From assembly GCA_033850605.1 (NCBI GenBank), contig JAWWPL010000246.1, forward strand, positions 1 to 46,525: a stretch of 46,525 nucleotides of DNA. Direction: 5' to 3'. The position numbers and the translations under genes are program-made. Positions 18,884-26,501 of the stretch are shown here, piece by piece (within the stretch, counting starts at the first letter, position 1; each line of letters begins with the position of its first letter). The notes beneath the pieces were generated by a model. The model made no database searches. It saw only the letters and a program-made list of their open reading frames with translations, and had not been told where the DNA came from. The stretch is from Blastocatellia bacterium. GTDB lineage: Bacteria; Acidobacteriota; Blastocatellia; Pyrinomonadales; Pyrinomonadaceae.

Positions 18884-19279
18884 TTACTTGCAAGGTTTTT
18901 TGAAATCAATAGCCAAAGCATGCGCTTCGGTAGATCCAATGTTCTCCAGTGCGTGCGTTACTGGATTACGCCAATGTGCTTCTCCAGCGCCACCAGTAAT
19001 TTCTTCAGTTCTGCCATCAGGATAAGTTGTTCTCATTTTGGCATCGCCAAAGATGTATAGAACTCCCGATGTGTGCGTATGCATCGGCTCTTTTTCACCC
19101 GGTTTGAGGCGGTATTCCAATACTCGCACCTGCTCATTCTCAAGCAATACTTTGTAATACTGAGGTGATTGCTTGACGGGATCTTGCGCGGTTGTCTTCC
19201 CGGATGAAATAGCAAAGGCCAATGTTGTCGTTAAAGCTCCGATTGCAATACCTGCGGTCAAATGAATAACTCGTTTCAT
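18884..19279 (-). CDS. secreted cupin-domain protein (paralogue of 12571..12942)
   Basis: Signal-like MKRVIHLTAGIAIGALTTTLAFA, then RVLEYRLKPGEKEPMHTHT...VTHALENIG. It aligns without gaps to the other cupin over about 95 residues. GGAGAG RBS is present. Confidence 0.7.
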   Translation of the reverse strand: MKRVIHLTAGIAIGALTTTLAFAISSGKTTAQDPVKQSPQYYKVLLENEQVRVLEYRLKPGEKEPMHTHTSGVLYIFGDAKMRTTYPDGRTEEITGGAGEAHWRNPVTHALENIGSTEAHALAIDFKKPCK

Positions 19280-19319
19280 AAGCTACGCTCTCCTTGGAAA
19301 ATGGAATCGCTGGAATCAC

Positions 19320-19420
19320 TTACTTCCTGGCTATAGGTCTCGACACGATGCAGTGACCCGCGCCGAGCCGGGAACGATGCGATAGTGAGACAGCCTGTCG
19401 CCGCGGGACAGTTGTGCCAT
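19320..19420 (-). pseudogene. possible decayed 5' fragment of a Ser/Thr kinase paralogue
   Basis: The minus strand reads MAQLSRGDRLSHYRIV. After a +1 shift it reads SRLGAGHCIVSRPIARK*. This parallels ISPNTTIAQYTIVSKIGEGGMGVVWRARDSK at the N-terminus of the neighbouring kinase. It is very short, frameshifted and missing one Gly. Confidence 0.3.
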
Positions 19421-19682
19421 CCGTGCTCTTTTACGTGACCGCGACAGATTGCGCAAGATCAAAGTGAGAACCGCGACTCGACGCAGTTGGGTATCTTCAA
19501 ATCTTTTGGCAGAATCTTGACTGTCCACGGTTCGGGGTGGGCCACAGGATTGGTACGGAATTCCAGCGGAACGCGCCTGATGTTGAAACTTTTGATCTGG
19601 AAAGCGAAGTGATTTGGAGTGTGCCGGAAGAGCGAAGGCGACGGCGCTTTGGATGTCAACTGAAGTTGTCGGACACATACAA

Positions 19683-20981
19683 ATGACGATCACAATAACC
19701 GAAATTGAAACTCGTGACGTTCGCTTTCCAACATCACGCACCTTAGATGGCTCAGACGCCGTGAACGTCGATCCTGATTACTCCGCCGCTTACGTGATTC
19801 TGCGCACGAATAGTCCCGGTCTTGAGGGGCATGGACTCACCTTCACCAACGGCCGTGGCAACGATGTAGCGTGCGCGGCGATCGAGGCGCTGGGTCCTCG
19901 GGTCAAAGGACGAACCCTCGAATCGATTACCGCGGATATGTCCGGGTTCTGGTACTCGCTCGCGGGCGACACGCAACTCCGCTGGCTTGGGCCTGAAAAG
20001 GGCGTGATTCATCTGGCCACCGGCGCACTGGTCAATGCGGTCTGGGATCTCTACGCGAAAGCCGAAGGCAAGCCGCTGTGGAAACTTCTCGTTGACATGA
20101 CGCCGGAAGAGCTCGTCTCAGCGATTCCTTTTCGTTACATCACGGACGCGTTGACGAGCGAAGACGCGTTGGGGATTTTGCGCCGGCTGGAGCCCACAAA
20201 GTCTCAGCGCGAAGTTGAGATGCGCGAGCGCGGCTATCCTGCCTACACAACTTCCGCCGGGTGGCTCGGTTACTCAGACGAAAAGATTCGCCGGCTGGTG
20301 CGCGAAGGGATCGACAAAGGCTGGACGCACTTCAAGATGAAAGTCGGCGCCAACCTTGACGACGACTTGCGCCGCGCGCAACTCATACGCGACGAAATCG
20401 GCCCGGCGCGGACGCTGATGATGGACGCGAACCAGGTTTGGGATGTAGGCCAGGCGATCGAATGGATGAAAGAGTTGGCGCGCTTCAAGCCGCTATGGAT
20501 CGAAGAGCCAACCAGTCCCGATGATGTGCTTGGACACGCGGCAATAGCGCGAGCGGTCGCACCGATCGGGGTAGCCACCGGCGAAGCCTGCCATAATCGC
20601 GTGATGTTCAAGCAATTTCTGCAGGCAAAGGCTCTGAGTTTTTGCCAGGTTGATAGCTGCCGGCTCGGGGGCGTTAACGAAGTGCTGGCCGTTTTGTTAC
20701 TGGCCGCAAAGTTTGGCGTACCTGTCTGTCCGCATGCCGGCGGTGTTGGTCTGTGCGAATACGTGCAACATCTTTCGATCTTCGATTACATCGCGGTGAG
20801 CGGCTCGCTCGAAAACCGTCGCGTTGAATTTGTCGACCATTTACATGAGCACTTTGTTTATCCGGTGGAAGTTCGCGCGGGGAACTATCTAGCGCCGCTC
20901 GCACCCGGGTACAGCATCGAGATGAAAGCAGAGTCGATCAAGCAATACGAGTTTCCGAGTGGAGTGGTGTGGAAACAATAA
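19683..20981 (+). CDS. fucD: L-fuconate dehydratase (enolase superfamily, mandelate racemase subgroup)
   Basis: Strong similarity throughout to characterised FucD: ETRDVRFPTSR.LDGSDA.N.DPDYSAAYV, QLRWLGPEKGV, GYPAYTTSAGWLGYSDEK, WIEEPTSPDDVLGHAAI, PHAGGVGLCE and FVDHLHEHF. Start moved to ATG 19683 (MTITITE). Confidence 0.9.
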   Translation: MTITITEIETRDVRFPTSRTLDGSDAVNVDPDYSAAYVILRTNSPGLEGHGLTFTNGRGNDVACAAIEALGPRVKGRTLESITADMSGFWYSLAGDTQLRWLGPEKGVIHLATGALVNAVWDLYAKAEGKPLWKLLVDMTPEELVSAIPFRYITDALTSEDALGILRRLEPTKSQREVEMRERGYPAYTTSAGWLGYSDEKIRRLVREGIDKGWTHFKMKVGANLDDDLRRAQLIRDEIGPARTLMMDANQVWDVGQAIEWMKELARFKPLWIEEPTSPDDVLGHAAIARAVAPIGVATGEACHNRVMFKQFLQAKALSFCQVDSCRLGGVNEVLAVLLLAAKFGVPVCPHAGGVGLCEYVQHLSIFDYIAVSGSLENRRVEFVDHLHEHFVYPVEVRAGNYLAPLAPGYSIEMKAESIKQYEFPSGVVWKQ

Positions 20982-20985
20982 GAAG

Positions 20986-21122
20986 GACCACGGATGACCA
21001 CGGATGAACACGGATAGGCGCAGATTAGAAATTTCCTCTTCTTATCCGTGTATCTCCGTGTTCATCTGTGGTTCATAAGTATGGAGCGCGGACATCCTGT
21101 CCGCCAGCATGCGTAGCATGCT
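20986..21122. repeat. composite palindromic repeat cluster ('cacggatga' inverted repeat, 'gcggacatcctgtccgc' hairpin, 'agcatgc' palindrome)
   Basis: accacggatgaccacggatgaacacggata (20987-21016) faces tatccgtgtatctccgtgttcatctgtggttcat (21043-21076). This is followed by gcggac-atcct-gtccgc (21088-21104) and agcatgcgtagcatgct (21106-21122). Confidence 0.7.
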
Positions 21123-21272
21123 CTTGTTCACCCGCATGAACCAGTCTATCGTTTGTTCGCGCTGCCGCCCTCCATCCCCACGCAATACCAACTCCCTGGT
21201 CGTCTCGCAAAAGACGCACCGAATGCAGAACTTTAGTGAGGAATGAGTAAACTTTCGGAAAGGACAGATAAT

Positions 21273-22259
21273 ATGAAGAAGATAATCGGCCTGCTCATCA
21301 TCTTAACTGCACTACTGTTTTCCTTCAGCTGTTCAAAGACCGGACAGCAATCCGGCAAGAAATTCACTATCGCCGTGATTCCCAAAGGCACAACTCATGA
21401 GTTTTGGAAGAGCATTCATGCCGGCGCCGACAAGGCTGCGAGTGAATACACCGCGCAGGGGACGAATGTCGAAATCATCTGGAAGGGCCCACTGCGCGAG
21501 GACGAGCGCGAAGGACAGATTCAAGTAGTCGAAGGTTTCATCAGTCAGGGGATTAGCGGTATTGTTCTGGCTCCGCTCGACGACCGGGCCTTGACTCGTC
21601 CGGTCGAAGAAGCGAAACGCGCGAACATTCCCACAGTCATTATTGATTCCGGCTTACAGTCCGATCAGATCGTCAGTTTTGTGGCGACGGACAATTTGAA
21701 AGGCGGAACACTGGCCGCTGATCGGCTTGGTGAATTGATGAGCGGCAAAGGCAAAATTCTAATGCTGCGTTATCAGGAGGGATCGGCTAGTACTGAGCAG
21801 CGTGAGGCCGGCTTCATGCAAGAGATGAAGGCGAAGTTTCCCGGTATCGAGGTGGTCTCGTCGAACCAGTTCGCCGGCCCGACGCGAGACACGGCCAAGG
21901 CCGCTTCGGAAAATCTTCTTAATCGTTTCGGCAACGACATTCAGGGTATTTTCACGCCGAACGAATCGTCGACCACCGGCATGTTGCTCGCTCTGCAGGA
22001 CATGAAACTGGCAGGCAAGGTGATGTTTGTCGGCTTTGATTCCAGTCCGAGCTTTGTTGAGGCGATGCGCAACAAACAGATGCATGGGACGGTCCTGCAG
22101 AGTCCTTTTAATATGGGTTATCTCGGTGTGAAGACGATGGTGGATTCTCTGTTGGGTAAACCGGTTGAGAAGCGGATAGATACCGGAGTAGCGCTGGTTA
22201 CTCCTGACAACCTGGATGACCCAAAGATTAGAGAGTTACTGCAACCTCCGGTGAAGTAG
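21273..22259 (+). CDS. sugar ABC transporter substrate-binding protein (ribose/monosaccharide PBP type, probable lipoprotein)
   Basis: MKKIIGLLIILTALLFSFSC signal with a lipobox-like Cys. Periplasmic-binding-protein type I features follow: IAVIPKGTTHEFW, VATDN.KGG, EQR..GF and GFD. Start moved to ATG 21273. Confidence 0.88.
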   Translation: MKKIIGLLIILTALLFSFSCSKTGQQSGKKFTIAVIPKGTTHEFWKSIHAGADKAASEYTAQGTNVEIIWKGPLREDEREGQIQVVEGFISQGISGIVLAPLDDRALTRPVEEAKRANIPTVIIDSGLQSDQIVSFVATDNLKGGTLAADRLGELMSGKGKILMLRYQEGSASTEQREAGFMQEMKAKFPGIEVVSSNQFAGPTRDTAKAASENLLNRFGNDIQGIFTPNESSTTGMLLALQDMKLAGKVMFVGFDSSPSFVEAMRNKQMHGTVLQSPFNMGYLGVKTMVDSLLGKPVEKRIDTGVALVTPDNLDDPKIRELLQPPVK

Positions 22260-22290
22260 CTTCGGCGTACACGTTGAAACAGATGTAGAT

Positions 22291-22481
22291 AAACCGCAAG
22301 GCGGTTTGGGCCTCCAGCCCAACGTTGACGCGCAGCGTCTACGTTGGGATCAGAGGTTAGTATTGTATCAACCCTGAAAGGGTTGTGTAGTCGCAACCCT
22401 TTCAGGGTTGCAAGATGAATCAAACGGCTTTCCCAGGGTGGCCGCTGCGCGGCAACCCTGGGCTTTGGGAAGCAATTGCTT
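22291..22481. repeat. array of five consecutive palindromes/hairpins inside the ABC operon
   Basis: aaaccgc-aag-gcggttt (22291-22307). cccaacgt..acgttggg with an inner gacgc/gcgtc stem (22318-22348). caaccctgaaagggttg (22369-22385) and its exact reverse complement caaccctttcagggttg (22394-22410). cccagggt..accctggg (22432-22462). gaagcaattgcttc (22468-22481). Confidence 0.8.
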
Positions 22482-22507
22482 CGCGGTTGAGTGCCACAAC
22501 CAAGACA

Positions 22508-24058
22508 ATGACTGTTCTCGCCTTATCTGATGTGGCCAAGCGATTTGGTCCCACGATCGCGCTTGACGGCGTGAACCTCCAACTACGCCGCGGTGAAGTG
22601 CATGCTCTTATCGGTGAGAACGGCGCCGGTAAAAGCACTTTGATGAATATTCTCGCGGGGGCTCTTCATCCTGACCGCGGACGCCTGGAAATTGACGGTC
22701 AAGTCTATTCGCCTGCCTCTCCGCTCGACGCGCGTGAACGTGGCATCGCACTTATTCATCAGGAACTTTCATTGGCGCCTCACCTGACCGTGGCAGAGAA
22801 CATCCTCATGGGCCTCGAGCCGGCGCGCTGGGGCTGGCTTAACCGTGAAGCCGCGCGCAGGAAGTCGCTCGAAGTGCTCGAGAGTTTTCATCATCCTGAG
22901 ATCCGCCCCGATCGTCGCGTCGCTGACTTACCTCTCGCGGCGCGGCAAGTGGTTGAGATATGCCGGGCCGTTGCCGCGCGAGCCAATATCATTCTGATGG
23001 ACGAACCCACGAGCAGTCTCCCGCGCGACGATGTGGAGCATCTGTTCGCCCTCATCCACCGTTTGCGTGATGAGGGAATAAGCATCATTTACATCAGTCA
23101 CTTTCTTGACGAGATCCGCGAGATCGCGGACAGCTATACCGTGCTCAGAGACGGCCGGAGCGTGAGCAGCGGCGCACTCGCTGCAGTGAGCAACGGGGAA
23201 CTAATCGTGCAGATGGTCGGGAGGCCGGTAGAAAATCTCTTCCCAGCACGCGAACGATTGCGTGGCGATCAGGTGTTGCTTGAAGTGCGCGATCTCAGCG
23301 CACCGCCTCATCTGCGGGAGGCCGGCTTTAGTCTGCACGCTGGTGAAATCCTGGGCGTCGCAGGTTTGATGGGCTCGGGCCGCACAGAAATGGTGCGCGC
23401 TATCTTTGGCCTTGATTCAGCACAGTCCGGAAAGTTTAAGCTGCGCTCGAAGACGATCACTGCACGCGGGGGCTCGCCAACAGTTCGCCTGTCGCAGGGG
23501 TTGGGATACCTGAGCGAAGACCGCCAGGGCGAGGGGCTGGCCCCGGCGCTTTCTATTGCCGACAACACTACCATGACGCGGTTCGCTTCATGCGCTCGCT
23601 GGGGTTGGCTCGACCATACGGCCCAACGCAAACAAACTGACGCGTGGATCAGGCAGCTCGCGATCAAATCACGCAATCCCCTTCAGGCGGCGCGTACTCT
23701 CTCTGGCGGCAATCAGCAGAAGGTGGCGCTGGCGCGCTTGCTGCATCAGAACGCCGATGTGCTGCTGCTCGACGAACCAACACGTGGAATAGATATCGGG
23801 AGCAAGGCCCAAATCTACGAAGCCATCGCGCAGTGCGCTAGTGAACAGAAGGCTGTGCTGATGGTCAGTTCCTATCTTCCCGAACTCTTCGGAATGTGTG
23901 ACCGGATCGCGGTGATGAGCCGCGGCAAGCTAACGCCGGCACGCGCGGTGGAAAACTGGACGCCTGAGACTGTCATGCTCGCGGCAATCGGCGGAGAAGA
24001 ATTACCAGCAGCCGGCAACGCCGTGCCGTCAGCTCATGTCATAAGCGAGGGACAATAA
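22508..24058 (+). CDS. sugar ABC transporter ATP-binding protein (duplicated ATPase, RbsA/MglA type)
   Basis: GENGAGKST (Walker A), ILMDEPTSSL, second-cassette LSGGNQQKVALARLL and LLLDEPTRGID. The track start 22415 runs through repeat sequence. Start moved to ATG 22508 (MTVLALSDVAKRFG). Confidence 0.9.
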   Translation: MTVLALSDVAKRFGPTIALDGVNLQLRRGEVHALIGENGAGKSTLMNILAGALHPDRGRLEIDGQVYSPASPLDARERGIALIHQELSLAPHLTVAENILMGLEPARWGWLNREAARRKSLEVLESFHHPEIRPDRRVADLPLAARQVVEICRAVAARANIILMDEPTSSLPRDDVEHLFALIHRLRDEGISIIYISHFLDEIREIADSYTVLRDGRSVSSGALAAVSNGELIVQMVGRPVENLFPARERLRGDQVLLEVRDLSAPPHLREAGFSLHAGEILGVAGLMGSGRTEMVRAIFGLDSAQSGKFKLRSKTITARGGSPTVRLSQGLGYLSEDRQGEGLAPALSIADNTTMTRFASCARWGWLDHTAQRKQTDAWIRQLAIKSRNPLQAARTLSGGNQQKVALARLLHQNADVLLLDEPTRGIDIGSKAQIYEAIAQCASEQKAVLMVSSYLPELFGMCDRIAVMSRGKLTPARAVENWTPETVMLAAIGGEELPAAGNAVPSAHVISEGQ

Positions 24059-24062
24059 CCAC

Positions 24063-25067
24063 GTGCCCACGATACCAGCAAAGGTCGAGGCAGCTTCAGC
24101 CGGTCCGGCGCTGCTGAATGTTTGGCTGGCGAGACTGGGTCCGTTCATCGGATTAATCCTGGTGATTGCTGTCTTCGCCCTCTTGACAGAGTCGCCAGGG
24201 CGCTACCTTTCGCCTTTCAATCTGCGGATAGTGCTGGCTCAAACGGTTATTGTGGCGCTCGGCGCTATTGGAATGACGATGATCATCGTCAGTGGCGGAA
24301 TAGATCTTTCGGTTGGTTCGATCATCGCTCTATCGAGTGTGGCGACGGCGCTGGTGCTGAGCGCGGGTTATCCGCCAACTATCGCGGTAATAGTCGGCGT
24401 ATTAGCAGGCGGCCTGGTCGGACTGGCCAATGGATTGGTCATTACGGGTTTACGGGTAGTGCCTTTTATCGCCACGCTCGGCATGCTCGGCATAGCGAGG
24501 GGCGTGGCGAAGTGGATAGCCGGGCAACAGACCGTCAACGTCCCGCAAACCTGGGTCAACGAACTGGCCGTAACTTTCCCGACTCCATCATGGCTACTGC
24601 TCGCGCCGGGCGTCTGGGTTGCGTTAGTGCTGTCAATCATGACGGCGGTGGTCTTACGCAACACTGTTTTCGGCCGGCGCGTTTTCGCGCTGGGCTCGAA
24701 CGAAGCGGCCGCACGCGCTTGTGGCATACCCGTCCCACGTCTCAAGCTTTGGATCTACTCACTGGCCGGACTCTACTTTGGGCTTGCCGGCGTAATGCAG
24801 ATGTCGCGCCTCAGGCAGGGCGACCCAACTGTGGCGGTGGGCGCCGAACTCGACATCATCGCAGCGGTGGTGATCGGTGGTGGCAGTTTGTCGGGCGGGG
24901 AAGGGAGCATCCTGGGGTCCATCATCGGCGCGCTGATAATGGCTTTTCTCCGCAACGGCTGTCAGCAAATGGGCTGGGCCAACTATATCCAGGAGATCAT
25001 CATCGGCGCAACCATCGTCATCGCGGTTGCTATTGATCGTTTCCGTCATGCGCGTACTTACACCTGA
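24063..25067 (+). CDS. sugar ABC transporter permease (RbsC/AraH type)
   Basis: About 9-10 hydrophobic segments. GGIDLSVGSI and GGEGSILGSIIGALIM are typical of ribose-type permeases. GTG start lies 10 nt after GAGGGA. Confidence 0.88.
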   Translation: MPTIPAKVEAASAGPALLNVWLARLGPFIGLILVIAVFALLTESPGRYLSPFNLRIVLAQTVIVALGAIGMTMIIVSGGIDLSVGSIIALSSVATALVLSAGYPPTIAVIVGVLAGGLVGLANGLVITGLRVVPFIATLGMLGIARGVAKWIAGQQTVNVPQTWVNELAVTFPTPSWLLLAPGVWVALVLSIMTAVVLRNTVFGRRVFALGSNEAAARACGIPVPRLKLWIYSLAGLYFGLAGVMQMSRLRQGDPTVAVGAELDIIAAVVIGGGSLSGGEGSILGSIIGALIMAFLRNGCQQMGWANYIQEIIIGATIVIAVAIDRFRHARTYT

Positions 25068-25087
25068 GTTGTTTGTTTTGGTATGTG

Positions 25088-25192
25088 ATGGCAAGCGACT
25101 CAAACTGCCTGATGCAAATCGCCGGCGGCCTGAGCCGGGCGAGTTCGCCGGTTAAGACAATGCATCTGACGGAACTGTTCGCGAAGCAGTGA
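25088..25192 (+). pseudogene. lutA: C-terminal remnant of lutA/ykgE-type (Fe-S) oxidoreductase
   Basis: ASDSNCLMQIAGGLSRASSPVKTMHLTELFAKQ* matches the extreme C-terminus of LutA proteins (...DCGCLMNIGGRL.R......V.HIAEVL...*). Only about 35 codons remain, directly after the permease stop. Confidence 0.6.
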
Positions 25193-25214
25193 GACCGCTT
25201 GTTGAGAGTCGGGC

Positions 25215-25286
25215 TACTGCTGCGGGCTGGCAGCCCGCAGTACGACAGGCAGCCCGCAGTATGACAGGCTGCCAGCCTGTCGCAGC
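25215..25286. repeat. 'gcagcccgcagta / acaggctgccagcctgt' palindromic element
   Basis: The tgcgggctg-g-cagcccgca hairpin is followed by a second cagcccgcagta copy and the palindrome acaggctg-c-cagcctgt. It belongs to the same family as 15552-15580. Confidence 0.7.
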
Positions 25287-25321
25287 TGAGCAAACAAGTC
25301 CGCCGCTTCTAACCTATTGAT

Positions 25322-25444
25322 ATGACGCTTCCGAACCATAATCTGACCCAACGTTCGCACGCCGCGCTGGGCAATGACGTTCTCCAGGGCGCTCTAAAAA
25401 GCGCGACAGTATCGGCGTGCACGGACCGAAAGAGTTGCACGTGA
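25322..25444 (+). pseudogene. lutB: N-terminal remnant of lutB-type 4Fe-4S lactate-utilisation protein
   Basis: MTLPNHNLTQRSHAALGNDVLQGALKSATVSA... parallels the LutB N-terminus pattern F..R....(I/L).(D/N)..(M/L).GA(V/L). The ORF ends after 40 codons at TGA 25442-25444. Confidence 0.45.
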
Positions 25445-25472
25445 TCATTCTTGATTAGCAGAGCCCTGAGGT

Positions 25473-25553
25473 CGGTAGCGACCGGGTCTCAATCCACGCC
25501 ATGGTCGAGTTTGTCGGAAAATAACCCGGTCGCTACCGCTCCCGGTTCTGACC
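25473..25553. repeat. 'ggtcgctaccgctcccggttctg' family palindromic element
   Basis: cggtagcgaccgggt (25473-25487) is the exact reverse complement of acccggtcgctaccg (25524-25538). The right arm continues as ctcccggttctgacc, as in the copies at 39411-39522. Three direct cgcagaga repeats follow (25561-25597). Confidence 0.75.
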
Positions 25554-25638
25554 TCATCACCGCAGAGACGCCGAGGTCGCAGAGACCGCGCAGAGAAAAC
25601 CACAATTCGGATAGGAACCGCTTGAGCTCTTTCCCCCC

Positions 25639-25678
25639 TTGACACCTGACGGAAACTCCATAGAATACGAACGTTCGT
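25639..25678 (+). promoter_or_regulatory. sigma70-like promoter of the TetR gene with an abutting 12-bp perfect palindrome (putative TetR operator)
   Basis: TTGACA (25639-25644), 16-nt spacer, TAGAAT (25661-25666). ACGAACGTTCGT (25667-25678) follows directly, 11 nt before the ATG at 25690. Confidence 0.6.
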
Positions 25679-25689
25679 TTTTGTAAGCT

Positions 25690-26385
25690 ATGCCTAAACT
25701 GACTGAGAAGGCGGTCGAGCGCCGCAAGGGCCGCATCGAAGACGCCGCTAAACAGCTCTTTATCAGACAGGGGTTTCATGCCACGTCGATGCGCAAGATC
25801 GCTTCGCGGGCCGGCACCTCGCTGGGCAACCTTTATAACTATTATCCGACGAAAGAGGCGATCCTTGGTTCGATAATTTCGAAATATCAGAAGGTTGTCG
25901 ATGAGCGGTTGCGTTCGATGTTTGATGAGATCAGGGACCCTTTGAGTCCGGAGGACCTCAAACGGTTTGCCCGTTTGGTCAAGCAGATGGTCAACGAGCA
26001 CCACGATTTTTGGTTGTTGATGTATATCGACGTGCTCGAGTTTGAGAACCTGCATTTTCGCAAGATGTTTGAAAATCTGGCCCTTAAAATGCGGCACCGT
26101 TTTGCCAGGTCCTTTGAAGATCTGCGGAAGAGCGGTGCGTTACACCACGGGGTTGACCCGGCGATTGGTTTTACCGCTGCTTACATGCAATTTTTCAATT
26201 ACTTCATCGTGGAGAAGCTGTTCGGTGGAAACCGGCATCTGGGCATTAGTGACGAACAGGTGATTACTCACCTGACCGATATTTATTCTCGAGGACTATT
26301 GCGGTCAACGAACCATCGACCTCCGGCTGGAACGAAACAAAGGACTAAGCCGTCTCTCCGCGGCCGCAAACGCATCAACAGGTAA
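25690..26385 (+). CDS. TetR/AcrR-family transcriptional regulator
   Basis: The N-terminal HTH AAKQLFIRQGFHATSMRKIASRAGTSLGNLYNYYPTKEAI is the canonical TetR signature. Length is about 230 aa. Confidence 0.92.
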   Translation: MPKLTEKAVERRKGRIEDAAKQLFIRQGFHATSMRKIASRAGTSLGNLYNYYPTKEAILGSIISKYQKVVDERLRSMFDEIRDPLSPEDLKRFARLVKQMVNEHHDFWLLMYIDVLEFENLHFRKMFENLALKMRHRFARSFEDLRKSGALHHGVDPAIGFTAAYMQFFNYFIVEKLFGGNRHLGISDEQVITHLTDIYSRGLLRSTNHRPPAGTKQRTKPSLRGRKRINR

Positions 26386-26430
26386 TCAGAGGTAGGTCGG
26401 GAAGGCTTTTGAAGGTTGACTCCTTAAAAA

Positions 26431-26442
26431 ACGGACGTTCGT
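26431..26442 (+). promoter_or_regulatory. second operator-like palindrome (one mismatch) upstream of the hydrolase operon
   Basis: ACGGACGTTCGT matches the 25667-25678 palindrome at 11/12 positions. It is flanked by aaaaa/ttttt and lies 60 nt upstream of ATG 26502. TTGACT is at 26416-26421. Confidence 0.5.
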
Positions 26443-26501
26443 GTTTTTAGGGAAATGCAGTACAGGCCAGGCACAGAAGCCCCGGGGAAGTTTCTTAATC
26501 A

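Noticed and set aside
24122-25036. 304-aa + strand ORF in an alternative frame of the ABC permease gene
   Set aside because: Its composition is Arg/Gly-rich with no hydrophobic or domain pattern. The overlapping frame encodes a textbook RbsC-type permease.
25489-26097. 202-aa minus-strand ORF opposite the TetR gene and its promoter
   Set aside because: It overlaps a clear TetR HTH-containing CDS and a repeat region, and has no motifs or RBS.
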